The position numbers and the translations under genes were made by a program. Positions 1 to 13,179 of a DNA stretch of 64,000 bases are shown here, piece by piece. Position 1 is the stretch's first letter. Every line of letters begins with the position of its first letter. Under the pieces are notes generated by a model. It saw nothing but the letters and a program-made list of their open reading frames with translations, did no database searches and was not told where the DNA came from. This DNA is from Mobula hypostoma (lineage: Eukaryota), in NCBI RefSeq assembly GCF_963921235.1, contig NC_086097.1, positions 94,986,001 to 95,050,000 of the forward strand, read 5' to 3'.

Positions 1-185
1 GCTGACAAAAGAAGTGGCTGAGGCAGATATCATCACAACTTTCAAAACTCAGTTGGACAGATACAAGGATTGGAAATGTTCAGAAAGTTATGAGTCTAAT
101 GCTGGCTAGCTTGGGTGGCACATCTTGGTCAGCACGAACCATTTGGGCAAGAGAGCCTTTTTTCTTGTTGTATGGCTATGACTCA
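1..185 (+). mobile_element. CR1 LINE 3' end fragment (old)
   Basis: GTGGCTGAGGCAGAT...TTGGACAGATACA and the terminal TGTATGGCTATGACTC resemble the 3' ends of other CR1 copies in the window. Confidence 0.6.
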
Positions 186-327
186 TGGGGCGGTATCTTC
201 AATCACCACAGAGTCAATTCTCAGCTCATTCTTATGTTCCTAATCATCTCAACATCATCTGTACCACAGTACCCCAACGTTCAAACTATACGTACATCCA
301 ACCATGAAACTCACATGTGAATTTTAC

Positions 328-593
328 TTATTTAGAAATACAGTGCAGAACGGGCTGTTCTGGCCCAACAAGCTGCACCTGCCAGCAACCCACTGATTTG
401 ACTCTACCGCCACAGGACAATTTACAATGACCAATTAACCTACTAATCAGCATGTCTTTGGATTGTGAGAGGAAACTGGAGCATATGGAAGAAACCCACA
501 CATTCACGGGAAAGACATACAACTTTTTACAGATTTGAACACCAAACTTTGAAGTCTTGAGCTGCAATAGCATTGTACTAGCCACATTGCTCA
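328..593 (-). mobile_element. HE1/V-SINE-type SINE
   Basis: Core GGACAATTTACAATGACCAATTAACCTACT...GGAAACTGGAGCA...CACGGGAAAG recurs at 16165, 34850, 36335 and 60770; CR1-like tail. Confidence 0.7.
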
Positions 594-1073
594 AGTGTGG
601 ACAGCAATGAAGTAGACACTACTTGCAAGGACAAAATTGGGAAGTTCATCTGCAGTCTGGGCAGTGCAAATCTTTGAGTTGATGTCCCTCAACTCAGTAC
701 CAATATGCAAATACTGTACTATGAAGCTAACTGATGATAAGCCAGTTGGATGTCAGCAAAGTTCTACTGAACACAAATGCTACCATCCTAATGGATCCAG
801 GCTCCATGAAACCACAGCAGTCCACCTGTGCCAGTAGTTCAGCAACTTTCCTTATCTGGGGATCAGAGGGCCCAGTCTTTGGTTAATGGTCTTACCAAGG
901 ACTCTGTGATGTTACCGTGGTTTTAGTAATATTCTTTTTGCCAAGGCAGGTGATGCATTGCCTGCCCTTGGTAGTTTTTGTAATTGACACCAACTTGCTC
1001 TATAAAAGTAAATATTGTGCCATGTCTTTGGCTGATAGCTGAACAATTGGAAGAATATGTAGTGTAACTGGTA

Positions 1074-1822
1074 AATTCAAATTCAGATTCAGATTTATTT
1101 ATTACATGTCCATTGAAACAGGCAGTGTAATGTATTAATTTTGGTAACAGTGAACACATCTAAGGATATGCTGGGGGTAGCTAGCAACTGTTGCCACACA
1201 TTCCGGCACTACCATAGAATGCCCACAAAGCTCGGCAGATGACCAAGAACACAACAAGCAACATAACAACAACAACAGCAAAACAAGCTCTTTTCCTCCC
1301 CCCCATCCTCTCTCCCACCCAGTCACACACACACATTGACAGACCTCCAACTCCAGCAATGCTGCAGTGAAAAGTTTTCATGCATGACATCCGAATAGAT
1401 CATTTCATCACATCAGTGCATTGAGTTAGTACAAAGAAACTGCAATAACAAAATGCAGAATATAGTGTTACATTAACAGAGAAAGTGCAGAGCAGGCAGT
1501 CAGGTGAAAAGCCATGACAAAGTAGATTGTCAGGTCAAGAGTCCATCTTATTGCACAAGGGGACTGTTCAATAAACAACAAGAGAGAAGCTGTCCGTGAG
1601 CCTGGTACTACATGCTTTCAGCTTTTTATATCTTCTGCTCAATGGGAGTGAGGAGGAGAGAGAATATCTTGAATGGGTAGTCTTCAATTACTGTATTTAC
1701 TGAGGCAGTGAGAAGTGTAGACAGAGTCCATGGAGGGGAGGTAGGTTTATGTGACGTGCTGAGCTGTGCCCACAACCCTTTGCTGTTTCTTGCAGCCTCA
1801 GGCAGAGCAATTTTCATCCAGA
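1074..1822 (-). mobile_element. Degraded Rex1/Babar-type LINE 3' regions
   Basis: (ATTCAG)n tail plus TTTATT; segments similar to the 3' part of the young Rex1 copy at 45260-47614. Confidence 0.45.
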
Positions 1823-2199
1823 CAAGCTGGACAGTGTAGGACCAGGTATATGTAAATAAGTAGGTGTAGTACTAGGTGCGTTCATAGATCGATAAGAGAC
1901 TCTTGCCAGTTGAATGATGAGGGTGTAGTGCAAAGAGTAGTTCTTACAACTGGTGTCAGTGGGGAGAGTTGGAATGTGGAAATGTACATGTAGGTGTTGC
2001 ACGTGCTGCCGGAGCCACAGCATTTGCACATTTTTACCTTGCTGGACAAACTGTTGACAGCAGGAAATCAGCAGAAGGCAGGTACTAGTCTTGTGCAACA
2101 TGGGAAAGCCCGAGTGACTGAAAATAACAGTAAAAGCTGACAAGCTTCCTCTTATCTGGGTAGTGGGGTAGTGACCCATCTCTGCCAAAGGAGGTGTAA

Positions 2200-3767
2200 G
2201 ACAGTAAGATATAGGAACAGAAGTAGGCCATTCAGCCCATCAAGTCTGCTCCACCATTCAATCATGGGCTGATCCAATTCTTCCAGCTCTCCCCATGACC
2301 TTTGATGCCCTGGCTAATCAAGAACCTATCTATCTCTGCCTTAAATGCACCCAATGACTTAGCCTCCACAGCCACTTGTGGCAACAAATTCCATAGATCT
2401 ATCACCCCCTGACTAAAGTAATTTCTCCACATCTCTGTTCCAAATGGATGTCCTTCAATCCTGAAGCCGTGCCCTCTTGTCCTATACTCCCCTACCATGG
2501 GAAATAACTTTGCCATATCTAATCTGTTCAGGCCTTTTAACATTCAGAATGTTTCAATGAGATATCCCCTCATTCTCCTGAACTCCAGGTAATACAGCCC
2601 AAGACCTGCCAGACATTCCTCATACAGTAACCCTTTCATTCCTGGAATCATTCTTGTGAGTCTTCTCTGAACCCTCTCCAATGTCAGTATATCCTTTCTA
2701 AAATAAGGAACCCAAAACTGCACACAATACTCCAAGTGTGATCTCACGAGTGCCTTATAGAGCCTCAACATTACATCCCTGCTCTTATATACTATACCTC
2801 TAGAAATGAATGTCAACATTGCATTCGCCTTCTGCACCACAGACTCAACCTGGAGGTTAACCTTTAGGGTATCCTACACAAGGACTCCCAAGTCCCTTTG
2901 CATCTCTGCATTTTGAATTCTCGCCCCATCTACATAATAGTCTGCCTGTTTATTTCTTCCACCAAAGTGCATGACCACACACTTTCCAATATGGTATTTC
3001 ATTTGCCACTTCTTTGCCCATTTCCCTAAACTATCTAAGTCTCTCTGTAGACTCTGTTTCCTCAACACTACCCGCTGCTCCACCTACCTTTATATCATTG
3101 GCAAACTTAACCACAAATCCATTAATCCCATAGTCCAAATTATTGACATACATCATAAAAAGCAGCGGTCCCAAAACCAACCCTTGTGGAATTCCACTGG
3201 TAACCGGTAGCCAGCCAGAATAGAATCCCTTTATTCCCACTCTCTGTTTTCTGTCAACCAGCCTGTGCTTCACCCATACTAATAACCTCCCTGTAATTCC
3301 ATGGGCTCTTATCTTGCTAAGCAGCCTCATGTACGGCACCGTGTCAAAGGTCTTCTGAAATTCCAAGTACACCACATCTACTGCATCTCCTTTGTCTACC
3401 CTGCTTGTAATTTCCTCAAAAAATTGCAGTAGGTTTGTCAGACAGGATTTTCCTTTCAGGAAACCATGCTGGCTTTGGCCTATCTTGTCACGTGCCTCCA
3501 GGTGCTCCATAATCTCATCCCTAACAATTGATTCCAACAACTTCCCAACCATTGATGTCAGGCTAACAGGTCTATAGTTTCCTTTCTGCTGCCTCCCACC
3601 CTTCTTAAACAGCGGAGTAACATTTGCAATTTTCCAATCATTCGGTACAACGCCAGAATTTATTGATTCTTGAAAGATCATTGTTAATGCCTCCGCAATC
3701 TCTCCAGCTACTTCTTTCAGAACCCGAGGGCTCATTCCATCAGGTCCAGTAGACATATTCACCCTCG
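2200..3767 (-). mobile_element. CR1 LINE, 5'-truncated (RT and 3' tail)
   Basis: ORFs 3031-3762, 2874-3083, 2544-2840 and 2262-2543 encode CR1 RT motifs (GPDG, NYRPVSLTS, QHGF, GIPQGLVLGP, KFAND, HLEYCVQFW, RTRGH). Confidence 0.95.
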
Positions 3768-4185
3768 GATGCAGAGAGTGGTGGACACATCATGAGCGCA
3801 TCTCTCTCCACCATCAAGGCAACGTCAGGAGATGATATTTCTGAAAGGTGAAATCAACTATCCAGACCTTGCCCTCTTCTTGGTGATCCCATCAGGCAGG
3901 AGGTACAGGACCCACACCTCAAGGTTTAGCAACAGCTTCTTTCCCACTATCATCAGGATCTTGAACTGATCTGAAAATTCTACTCAGTCTTTATTTCCCT
4001 AAACATGCATTATTGCTGTTATTTGTACTTATTGCTGGCAAGTTAAGTATAATTTACTGTATGTTAATATGTTTATGCAATTTGTTTGACATGTTTGTAA
4101 TGTACTGTGCTACAGCTTCTGAAAGCTAATTTTCCTACCAGTTATACTCTAGGTATACGTGCCCATGACAATAGACTTGAACTGA
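3768..4185 (+). mobile_element. Degraded Rex1/Babar-type LINE 3' fragment
   Basis: CCCATCAGGCAGGAGGTACAGGA...AACAGCTTCTTTCCC (PSGRRY..NSFFP-like) followed by a GACAATA tail. Confidence 0.55.
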
Positions 4186-5989
4186 ATGACTGGAGTGGCA
4201 GGGATCTTTAATTATTTTGGCTGTTGTCCTGAGGCAATGGGATGTGCAGACAGAGTCGATAGAGAGGTGGCTGGTTTACATGGTGGGCTGGGCTACGTTT
4301 ACAGCTCTGCAATTTGTTGCGGTCTTGGGCAGAGCAGTTGCCATACTAGCCATGATACACCCAGACATCTGTGAAGTGTGGTGCACTGGATCGCCATGGG
4401 AAGTTGCATCTGTGAGGTTACAGGCAGCCTTTCCAGCAGGAAGCAGAGGCCCTTGCCCCAAATGAGGAGCCTGTCATGATATGAAGGCCCATCTCAGGGA
4501 AGATGTTGACTTTATGGGCGTGACAGTGGCACCACAGTGGTTCTTGAGTAGTGTTCACAGCACCTTTCAAAGTGCATTAAAGTTGTGCTCCAGTGCATTA
4601 AGGGGTATGTTGAAGAAGCTTCCTGAGGGAGTGCTGAAAGCTTCTTGGAACATAAGTATATCTTAAGTTTCCCACCTTGCTGCTCTCTCAGTGTTGCCTG
4701 CCAGCCCAGTTAGTGTCTGCACAAGGGTACGTTGACATGGTTCAAAGCTATATCCAGCATGGAGCCTCAAAGCTGCCTGCAGCCTGCCTGATCATATATC
4801 AGCCTTCTAGCAACTAAACTGAGGTACCTTGATGATAGGTAAGGGCACACCGACCACAGCCACCTAGAGTGAATAGTTATTTACTGTGGTTGATGTGAAA
4901 TTTGATTTTTCGTGTAGGCTCTCATATTCACATTAATGGTCAGGCTAGTACATTGCAATGATTTCCCAAACTATTTCCAGCCCTTGCTGTGCCACAGTAA
5001 GCATACCTGTTAAGAGCTTCAGGCTGGTGTTTAGAGACAAAGGTTGGCTTTACAGGATGCTGGACAACCACAATGCCAGCCTGCAGCCCCTCAAGCTGTA
5101 ATCAAAGTACTCAGCAAGCAATATGAGGATGACTGCATTGGAAGCAACAAGTGCACCATGATCCCCATGTCTGTCTGATTTAAATCAGCCCCAGAAGCTA
5201 TCCATGTCAGCTGGATGGGGAGAGCGACAGGGAGAAAGGCAAGGAGAGAAAGTGATTGAGAGATTGATTAAAGAGTTTGGCTGCAGGGTCCTACTGCCTG
5301 CCTGCTACAGATGTGAATTTTAGTGTAGGAATCACATTAGGAAGGGCCCTACTGTGTGCCATGCTCCTGTCCTCTGGAGGTATGCAAAGCAAGTAGATCA
5401 TGAGATTGATCAGTGTGTAGTGTTGATTTAATGCTAGGGATCCCCATGAAGACTTCAAAGATGGAGCTAATGTCATATGTCTAACATGCACCTGAGGTTC
5501 AAGTATTTAGCAGCAGGAAGAAATCACTAAACTCTACACACAGCTACTTGTCTTAAAGGGATTGTCAATTGCTGTTTAATTTCCAGTTGATTTCTCTGGA
5601 TTCTTGGCACCATGCATCTTGAAAAGGCTTCAATCCATACAAACCATGAGCTTATCCTGCCCACTATACTTTGGCAAGTGAGGAAGTGAGGGTCCCTTTG
5701 AATAGAGGGAGTCAGTCAATATTGGCAGCTACTGCAATATGCAGCAAATACTTCCAGCTCCAGGGTGGAGGGAGAATGACTTAGGTACATTTGTGCCCAC
5801 TGAGACGGTAACATCCTTCCACAGGGATCAATACTGGGATCTCTGCTGTTTGTGATATGTACAGTACATGCCAAGGTATCACAAAAAGGTTTGTCGCTAG
5901 CCAAAAAAAAATTACCCTACTGGGTCAAATTAAAATCCGCTTAACACCACTCATTACCAGCTGGCAGAGATAACTGGAGTGCCAAAATT

Positions 5990-6516
5990 TACAATTGCAC
6001 CCTTGATACATCAGCAAGATAAATTGCGAGAAGAATGGATATTAGGCAACATTCCAAAAACGAAAGCACAAAGTTAAGGATTCAGATGTTGAAGACCCTC
6101 AGTCATATGTTTTCCACTGTAACTGGTCGAAGTATGTGTGTCCATGGACAATTGTTAGAAAACAAGTCAGGGGAGCTGGCTAAGAAGCTGGATTATGAAG
6201 ATTTTAAAGCAACAGATGGTTGGCTGTCTCAATGGAAATGCAGGCACTACATTAAATTCAAGGAAGCACACAGTGAGAAAGGTAGCATTGATGCTATAAG
6301 TGTAGAAACATAGAAACCTACAAAACTTCCTGACTTGCTTCAAAAGTGTTGTGCAAACGATATCTACGATGCTGATGAAACAAGCCTTTTTTTATCATGC
6401 CACGTTGGACATCCAACATTATCAGGTTCAAAGAAAGCAATGGATTGCATAACTGTGCTGTGTTGTTCAAATATGTCAGGAGCTGATTGTCAGTTATTAG
6501 GAAAAGCTTGATGCCA
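5990..6516 (+). mobile_element. Tigger/pogo transposase remnant, 5' part (CENP-B HTH and first DDE motif)
   Basis: ORF 6035-6313 ELAKKLDYEDFKATDGWLSQWKCRH, then DIYDADETSLF and ITVLCCSNMSG; interrupted by the CR1 at 6511. Confidence 0.8.
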
Positions 6517-7446
6517 GGCAGGATGTTAGAATGCTCCTCTTGCAGGATGTAGGAAGTCAGGGAGCCCTCCGGTGTCCCTGACAACGACACCTGCAAGAAG
6601 TGCATCCAGCTGCAGCTCCTGACAAACCGCGTTAGGGAACTGGAGCAGGAGCTGGATGACCTGCGGATCATTCGGGAGAATAAGGAGATTATAGATAGTA
6701 GCTACAGGGAGGTAGTTACGCCAAAGGAGCAGAGGACAGGAAATTGGGTCACTGTCAGGCGAGGGAAGAGGAAAGGGCAGGCAGAGCAGGGTTCCCCTGT
6801 GGCCATTCACCTCAACAACAAGTATACCGCATTGGATACTGTTGGGGGGGATGACTTACCTGGGACAAGCTGCAGTAGCCGGATGTCTGGCACTGAGTCT
6901 GGCTCTGCAGTGCAGAAGGGAGGGGGGAGAAAGAGGAGAGCGGTAGTGATAGGGGACTCGATAGTTAGAGGTGCAGATAGAAGGTTCTGTGGTCGTGACA
7001 GAGAATCCAGGATGGTTTGTTACCTCCCAGGTGCCAGGGTCAAGAATGTCTCTGATCGATTGCATGACATTCTGAAGTGAGAGGGTGACCAGCCAGATGT
7101 CGTGGTGCACATCGGTACCAATGACATAGCAAGGAAGGGTGAAGAGGTCCTGGACAGTGAGTATAGAGAGCTTGGTAGGAAGTTGAAAAGCAGGACCTCA
7201 AGGGTGGTAGTCTCAGGATTGCTACCTGTGCTAGGTGCCAGTGAGGGTAGGAATAGGATGCTCTGGAGGAGGAACAAGTGGCTGAGGAACTGGTGTAGGG
7301 GGCAGGGTTTCAGATTTCAGGATCATTGGGACCTCTTCTGGGGCAGGTGGGACCTGTACAAGAGAGATGGGTTACACTTGAACCACAGGGGGACCAATAT
7401 CCTTTCAGGGAGGTTTGTTAGTGCTATTGGGGAGGCTTTAAACTAG
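6511..7446 (+). pseudogene. CR1 ORF1 (zinc finger/leucine zipper plus SGNH esterase), two premature stops
   Basis: ATG 6511 MPGRMLECSSC...TCKKC, LTNRVRELEQELDDL, VIGDSIVR, VHIGTND, DGLHLN; stops at 6550 and 7078; natural TAG at 7444-7446. Confidence 0.9.
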
Positions 7447-10378
7447 ATTTGCAGGGGGATGGGAACCAGAGTGCTAGAGCTGACAGTGTGGGTGGGGTGA
7501 AAATAAATGATATTGAAAGTTTAAGCAAATCCGCTGATAGAAAGGTTGTGAGTGGTGGTAAAAATCTTCTGAGGTGTATATATTTCATTGCTAGGAGTAT
7601 TGCAGGGAAGGCGGATGAGTTGAGGGCGTGGATTGACACGTGGAGTTATGATGTTGTAGCAATTAGTGAAACTTAGCTACAGGAGGGGCAGGACTGGCAG
7701 CTTAATATTCCAGGGTTCCGATGTTTCAGATGTGATCGAGGCAGAGGAATGAAAGGTGGGGGAGTAGCATTGCTTGTTAGGGAAAATATTACAGCAGTGC
7801 TCAGGCAGGACAGATTAGAGGGCTTGTCTACTGAGTCCTTATGGGTGGAGCTGAGAAACAGGAAAGGTATGGCCACATTAGTGGGATTGTATTACAGACC
7901 ACCCAATAGTCAACGAGACTTGGAAGAGCAAATCTGCAGAGAGATAGCAGGCAACTGCAGGAAACATAAAGTTGTGGTGGTAGGGGATTTTAATTTTCCA
8001 TACATTGATTGGGACTCCCATACTGTTAGGGGTCTAGATGGTTTAGAGTTTGTAAAATGTGTTCAGGAAAGTTTTCTAAATCAATATATAGAGGGACCAA
8101 CTAGAGGGGATGCAATATTGGATCTCCTGTTAGGTAACAAATTAGGGCAAGTGACAGAAGTCTGTGTAGGGGAGCACTTTGGTTCCAGGGATCATAACAC
8201 CATTAGTTTCAATTTGGTCATGGACAAGGATAGATCTGGTCCTAGGGTTGAGGTTCTGAACTGGAAGAAGGCCAAATTTGAAGAAATGAGAAAGGATCTA
8301 AAAAGCGTGGATTGGGACAGGTTGTTCTTTGGCAAAGATGTGATTGGTAGGTGGGAAGCCTTCAAAGGGTAAATTTTGAGAGTGCAGATTTTGTATGTTC
8401 CTGTCAGGATTAAAGGCAAATTGAATAGGAATAAGGAACCTTGGTTCTCAAGGGACATTGCAACTCTGATAAAGAAGAAGAGGGAGTTGTATGAAATGTA
8501 TAGGAAACAGGGGGTAAATCAGGTGCTTGAGGAGTATAAGAAGTGCAAGAAAATACTTAAGAAAGAAATCAGGAGGGCTAAAAGAAGACATGAGGTTGCC
8601 TTGGCAGTCAAAGTGAAGGATAATCCAAAGAGCTTTTACAAGTATATTAAGAGCACAAGGATTGTAAGGGATAAAATTGGTCCTCTTGAAGATCAGAGTG
8701 GTCGGCTTTGTGCGGAACCAAAGGAAATGGGGGAGATCTTAAATAGGTTTTTTGCGTCTGTATTTACTAAGGAAGCTGGCATGAAATCTATGGAATTGAG
8801 GGAATCAAGTAGTGAGACCATGGAAACTGTACAGATTGAAAAGGAGGAGGTGCTTGCTGTCTTGAGGAAAATTAAAGTGGATAAATCCCCGGGACCTGAT
8901 AGAGTGTTCCCTCGGACCTTGAAGGAGACTAGTGTTGAAATTGCGGGGGCCCTAGCAGAAATATTTAAAATGTCGCTGTCTACGGGTGAAGTACCGGAGG
9001 ATTGGAGAGTGGCTCATGTTGTTCCGTTGTTTAAAAAAGGATCGAAAAGTAATCCGGGAAATTATAGGCCGGTGAGTTTAACGTCAGTAGTAGATAAGTT
9101 ATTGGAGGGAGTACTAAGAGACAGAATCTACAAGCATTTGGATAGACAGGGGCATATTAGGGAGAGTCAACATGGCTTTGTGCGTGGTAGGTCATGTTTG
9201 ACCAATCTGTTGGAGTTTTTCGAGGAGGTTACCAGGAAAGTGGATGAAGGGAAGGCAGTGGATATTGTCTACATGGACTTCAGTAAGGCCTTTGACAAGG
9301 TCCCCGCATGGGAGCTTAGTTAGGAAAATTCAGTCGCTAGGTATACATGGAGAGGTGGTAAATTGGATTAGACATTGGCTCGATGGAAGAAGCCAGAGAG
9401 TGGTGGTAGAGAATTGCTTCTCTGAGTGGAGGCCTGTGACTAGTGGTGTGCCACAGGGATCAGTGCAGGGTCCATTGTTATTTGTCATCTATATCAATGA
9501 TCTGGATGATAATGTGGTAAATTGGATCAGCAAATTTGCTGATGATACAAAGATTGGAGGTGTAGTAGACAGTGAGGAAGGTTTTCAGAGCCTGCAGAGG
9601 GACTTGGACCAGCTGGAAAAATGGGCTGAAAAATGGCAGATGGAGTTTAATACTGCCAAGTGTGAGGTATTGCACGTTGGAAGGACAAACCAACGTAGAA
9701 CATACAGGGTTAATGGTAAGGCACTGAGGAGTGCAGTGGAACAGAGGGATCTGGGAATACAGATACAAAGTTCCCTAAAAGTGTCGTCACAGGTAGATAG
9801 GGTCGTAAAGAGAGCTTTTGGTACATTGGCCTTTATTAATCGAGGTATTGAGTATAAGAGCTGGAATGTTATGATGAGGTTGTATAAGGCATTGGTGAGG
9901 CCAGATTTGGAGTATTGTGTTCAGTTTTGGTCACCAAATTACAGGAAGGATATAAATAAGGTTGAAAGAGTGCAGAGAAGGTTTGCAAGGATGTTGCCGG
10001 AACTTGAGAAACTCAGTTGCAGAGAAAGGTTGAATAGGTTGGGACTTTATTCCCTGGAGCATAGAAGAATGAGGGGAGATTTGATAGAGATATATAAAAT
10101 TATGATGGGTATAGATAGAGTGAATGCAAGCAGGCTTTTTCCACTGAGGCAAGGGGAGAAAAAAACCAGAGGACATGGGTTAAGGGTGAGGGAGGGAAAA
10201 GTTTAAAGGGAACATTAGTGGGGGCTTCTTCACACAGAGAGTGGTGGGAGTATGGAATGAGCTGCCAGACGAGGTGGTAAATGCGGGTTCTTTTTTAACA
10301 TTTAAGAATAAATTGGACAGATACATGGATGGGAGGTGTATGGAGGGATATGGTCTGTGTGCAGGTCAGTAAGACTAG
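7437..10378 (+). pseudogene. CR1 ORF2 (APE endonuclease plus RT), in the -1 frame relative to ORF1
   Basis: LRCIYFIARSI, ISET, GDFNFP, TRGDAILDL, RDH, GPD, QHGF, GVPQGS, KFADD; stops at 7674 and 8370, frameshifts near 9305 and 10195. Confidence 0.93.
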
Positions 10379-10452
10379 GCAGAAAATGGTTCGGCACAGC
10401 CAAGAAGGGCCAGAGGGCCTGTTTCTGTGCTGTAGTTTCTATGGTTCTATGG

Positions 10453-10960
10453 TTAAGGGGCTAAGAATGGAGAGTTTACCAATCGAGTACTATGCTAATA
10501 AGAATGCATGGATGTCTTCTGAAATTTTTAAGAAATGACTGATGAGTTGGGAATCAAGCAAAATTCTTCTGCTTGTTGACAATATGTAGCACACCCTAAT
10601 GTAGAATGCTTGAGAGACTTCCAGCTGGATTTCCTGCCAATGGTTATGGGAATTTGGAAATTTATTGTTGGATTATGACATCACTACATTCATGAAGGCA
10701 ATAAAGGCAGATGATTATCCGCACTAGGTCTCTGCACTGATTTTATTCACTTACAGACAATTAAAAGAACACTCCAGCATACACTCGATGAATTCCTTCA
10801 TCCGTAACCATCACAAATTGAACACCCAATTTTACAGTACTGTGTTCCAATTTGCTCTGTATTTCATTTAAGTACATAATTTGTCACTCAGTTAAATGGA
10901 AGTTGGTCTTTTTTATACCTTATAACTATTTTCATGGAAATTGGGCCAAAATGTGCTGGT
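10453..10960 (+). mobile_element. Tigger/pogo transposase remnant, 3' part
   Basis: KGLRMESLPIEYYANKNAWMSSEIFKK...KILLLVDN continues the protein interrupted at 6516. Confidence 0.75.
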
Positions 10961-10984
10961 ACATAACATATACACTAAACGGCA

Positions 10985-11802
10985 GATGAAGATGTAGATT
11001 TGTGGATTAGTAAGTTTTCAAATGACACAGAGACTTGTGGAATTCCACGAGGACAGTGAAGAACATTGTCAAATACTTCAGCAGAATATAGATCTGCTAC
11101 AGATATAGGTGGAGAATGGGAGATGGAGTTTAATCCAACCAAGTGAGAGCATTGCCTTTTGAGAAGTCAAATATAAAGGGACGGTACATTGTTAATGGCA
11201 AGACACCTACAGCATTGATGTACAGAGGGATTTTGAGGTCCAAGTCCACATCATTTCTATTTACTGCTCAGGGCACTGGGCGTAGGAGCTATATATACAT
11301 TGGAGCTATATAAAACAGCTGCACTTGAAGTATGGTGTGCAACTATGGTTGCCCCATTTGATGAAGAATATGGTCACCCTGGAAAAGATACAGAAAAGGT
11401 TTACCAGGATTATGGAGTATAGGCTATAAGAAGAGGTTCGACTAATATGGGTTGTACTGTATTATCTGGAGTGCTGGAGGCTGAGGGAAGATCTTATAGA
11501 AGTTCAGAAAATTATGAGAGGCCTAGATAGGGTAGACAGTCAAACCCTTTTTTCCCAAGGGTACAGATGTCCAATTCTAGAAAACATGTATTAGAAATGA
11601 GAGGGGGAAAGGTAAAAGAAGATATGTGGGGCAAGTTATTTTAGAGAGCGCTAGATACCAGGAACAGGATGCTGGGGTAATAGTGGAAGCAGTATTATAG
11701 TGGTGTTTAAGAGGCATTTATATACTTAGTTTAATTTGCAACTGTGTTTGCTGCAGGCATCATGGGCCAATTCCGTACCGTATTGTTCTATGTTCCATGT
11801 TC
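10985..11802 (+). mobile_element. Old CR1 LINE 3' fragment
   Basis: Degenerate KFADD-to-tail sequence ending GTTCTATGTTCCATGTTC. Confidence 0.75.
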
Positions 11803-12211
11803 TTGATATCTTACACATTGTTTCCCATTGAGTTTCAGAACACTCTGGAATTGGTTCCGCCTCTCCTTCTCCTTCTTGCAATAGCTAGCCAAATCATGAG
11901 AAGGCTATTAAAACACCCCCATAACAAAGAGTTTGTGTAAAATGTCAGTTAAAACCCTTCTGCTCTGCCATGTTGCTCTCTGTGGACTTCTGAGCTTGAA
12001 ATAAAAAAGCACCAAATACTTATAGAATGGTAACAATGAACAGAAATCAACCAACGTGGAGCCTGGCTTATAAGTCTTCCTTTTAATTTGGTAGTGGGAG
12101 GTTCTTGCTACTGCTGAATGCATTTCCATCTGTGGAAGGTTTAGAGTGGTCAGTAGTTGGAACATCTGGCTCCAAGTTATTACAGCACTGCACAATAATT
12201 GCTCTGGAATA

Positions 12212-13176
<965 letters not shown>

Positions 13177-13179
13177 TAT

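Larger units (their letters stand above)
6511..10452 (+). mobile_element. Near full-length, young CR1 LINE (ORF1, ORF2 and (TTCTATGG)n tail)
   Basis: Continuous ORF1 and ORF2 with only a few stops and frameshifts; ends TTTCTATGGTTCTATGGTT; inserted inside a Tigger transposase. Confidence 0.97.

Noticed and set aside
4350..5950. Short ORFs in a non-obvious region
   Set aside because: No recognisable domain or consistent splice structure; probably ancient repeat debris.
7459..7500. ATG just after the ORF1 stop as the ORF2 start
   Set aside because: It is in the ORF1 frame and terminates at TGA 7498-7500.
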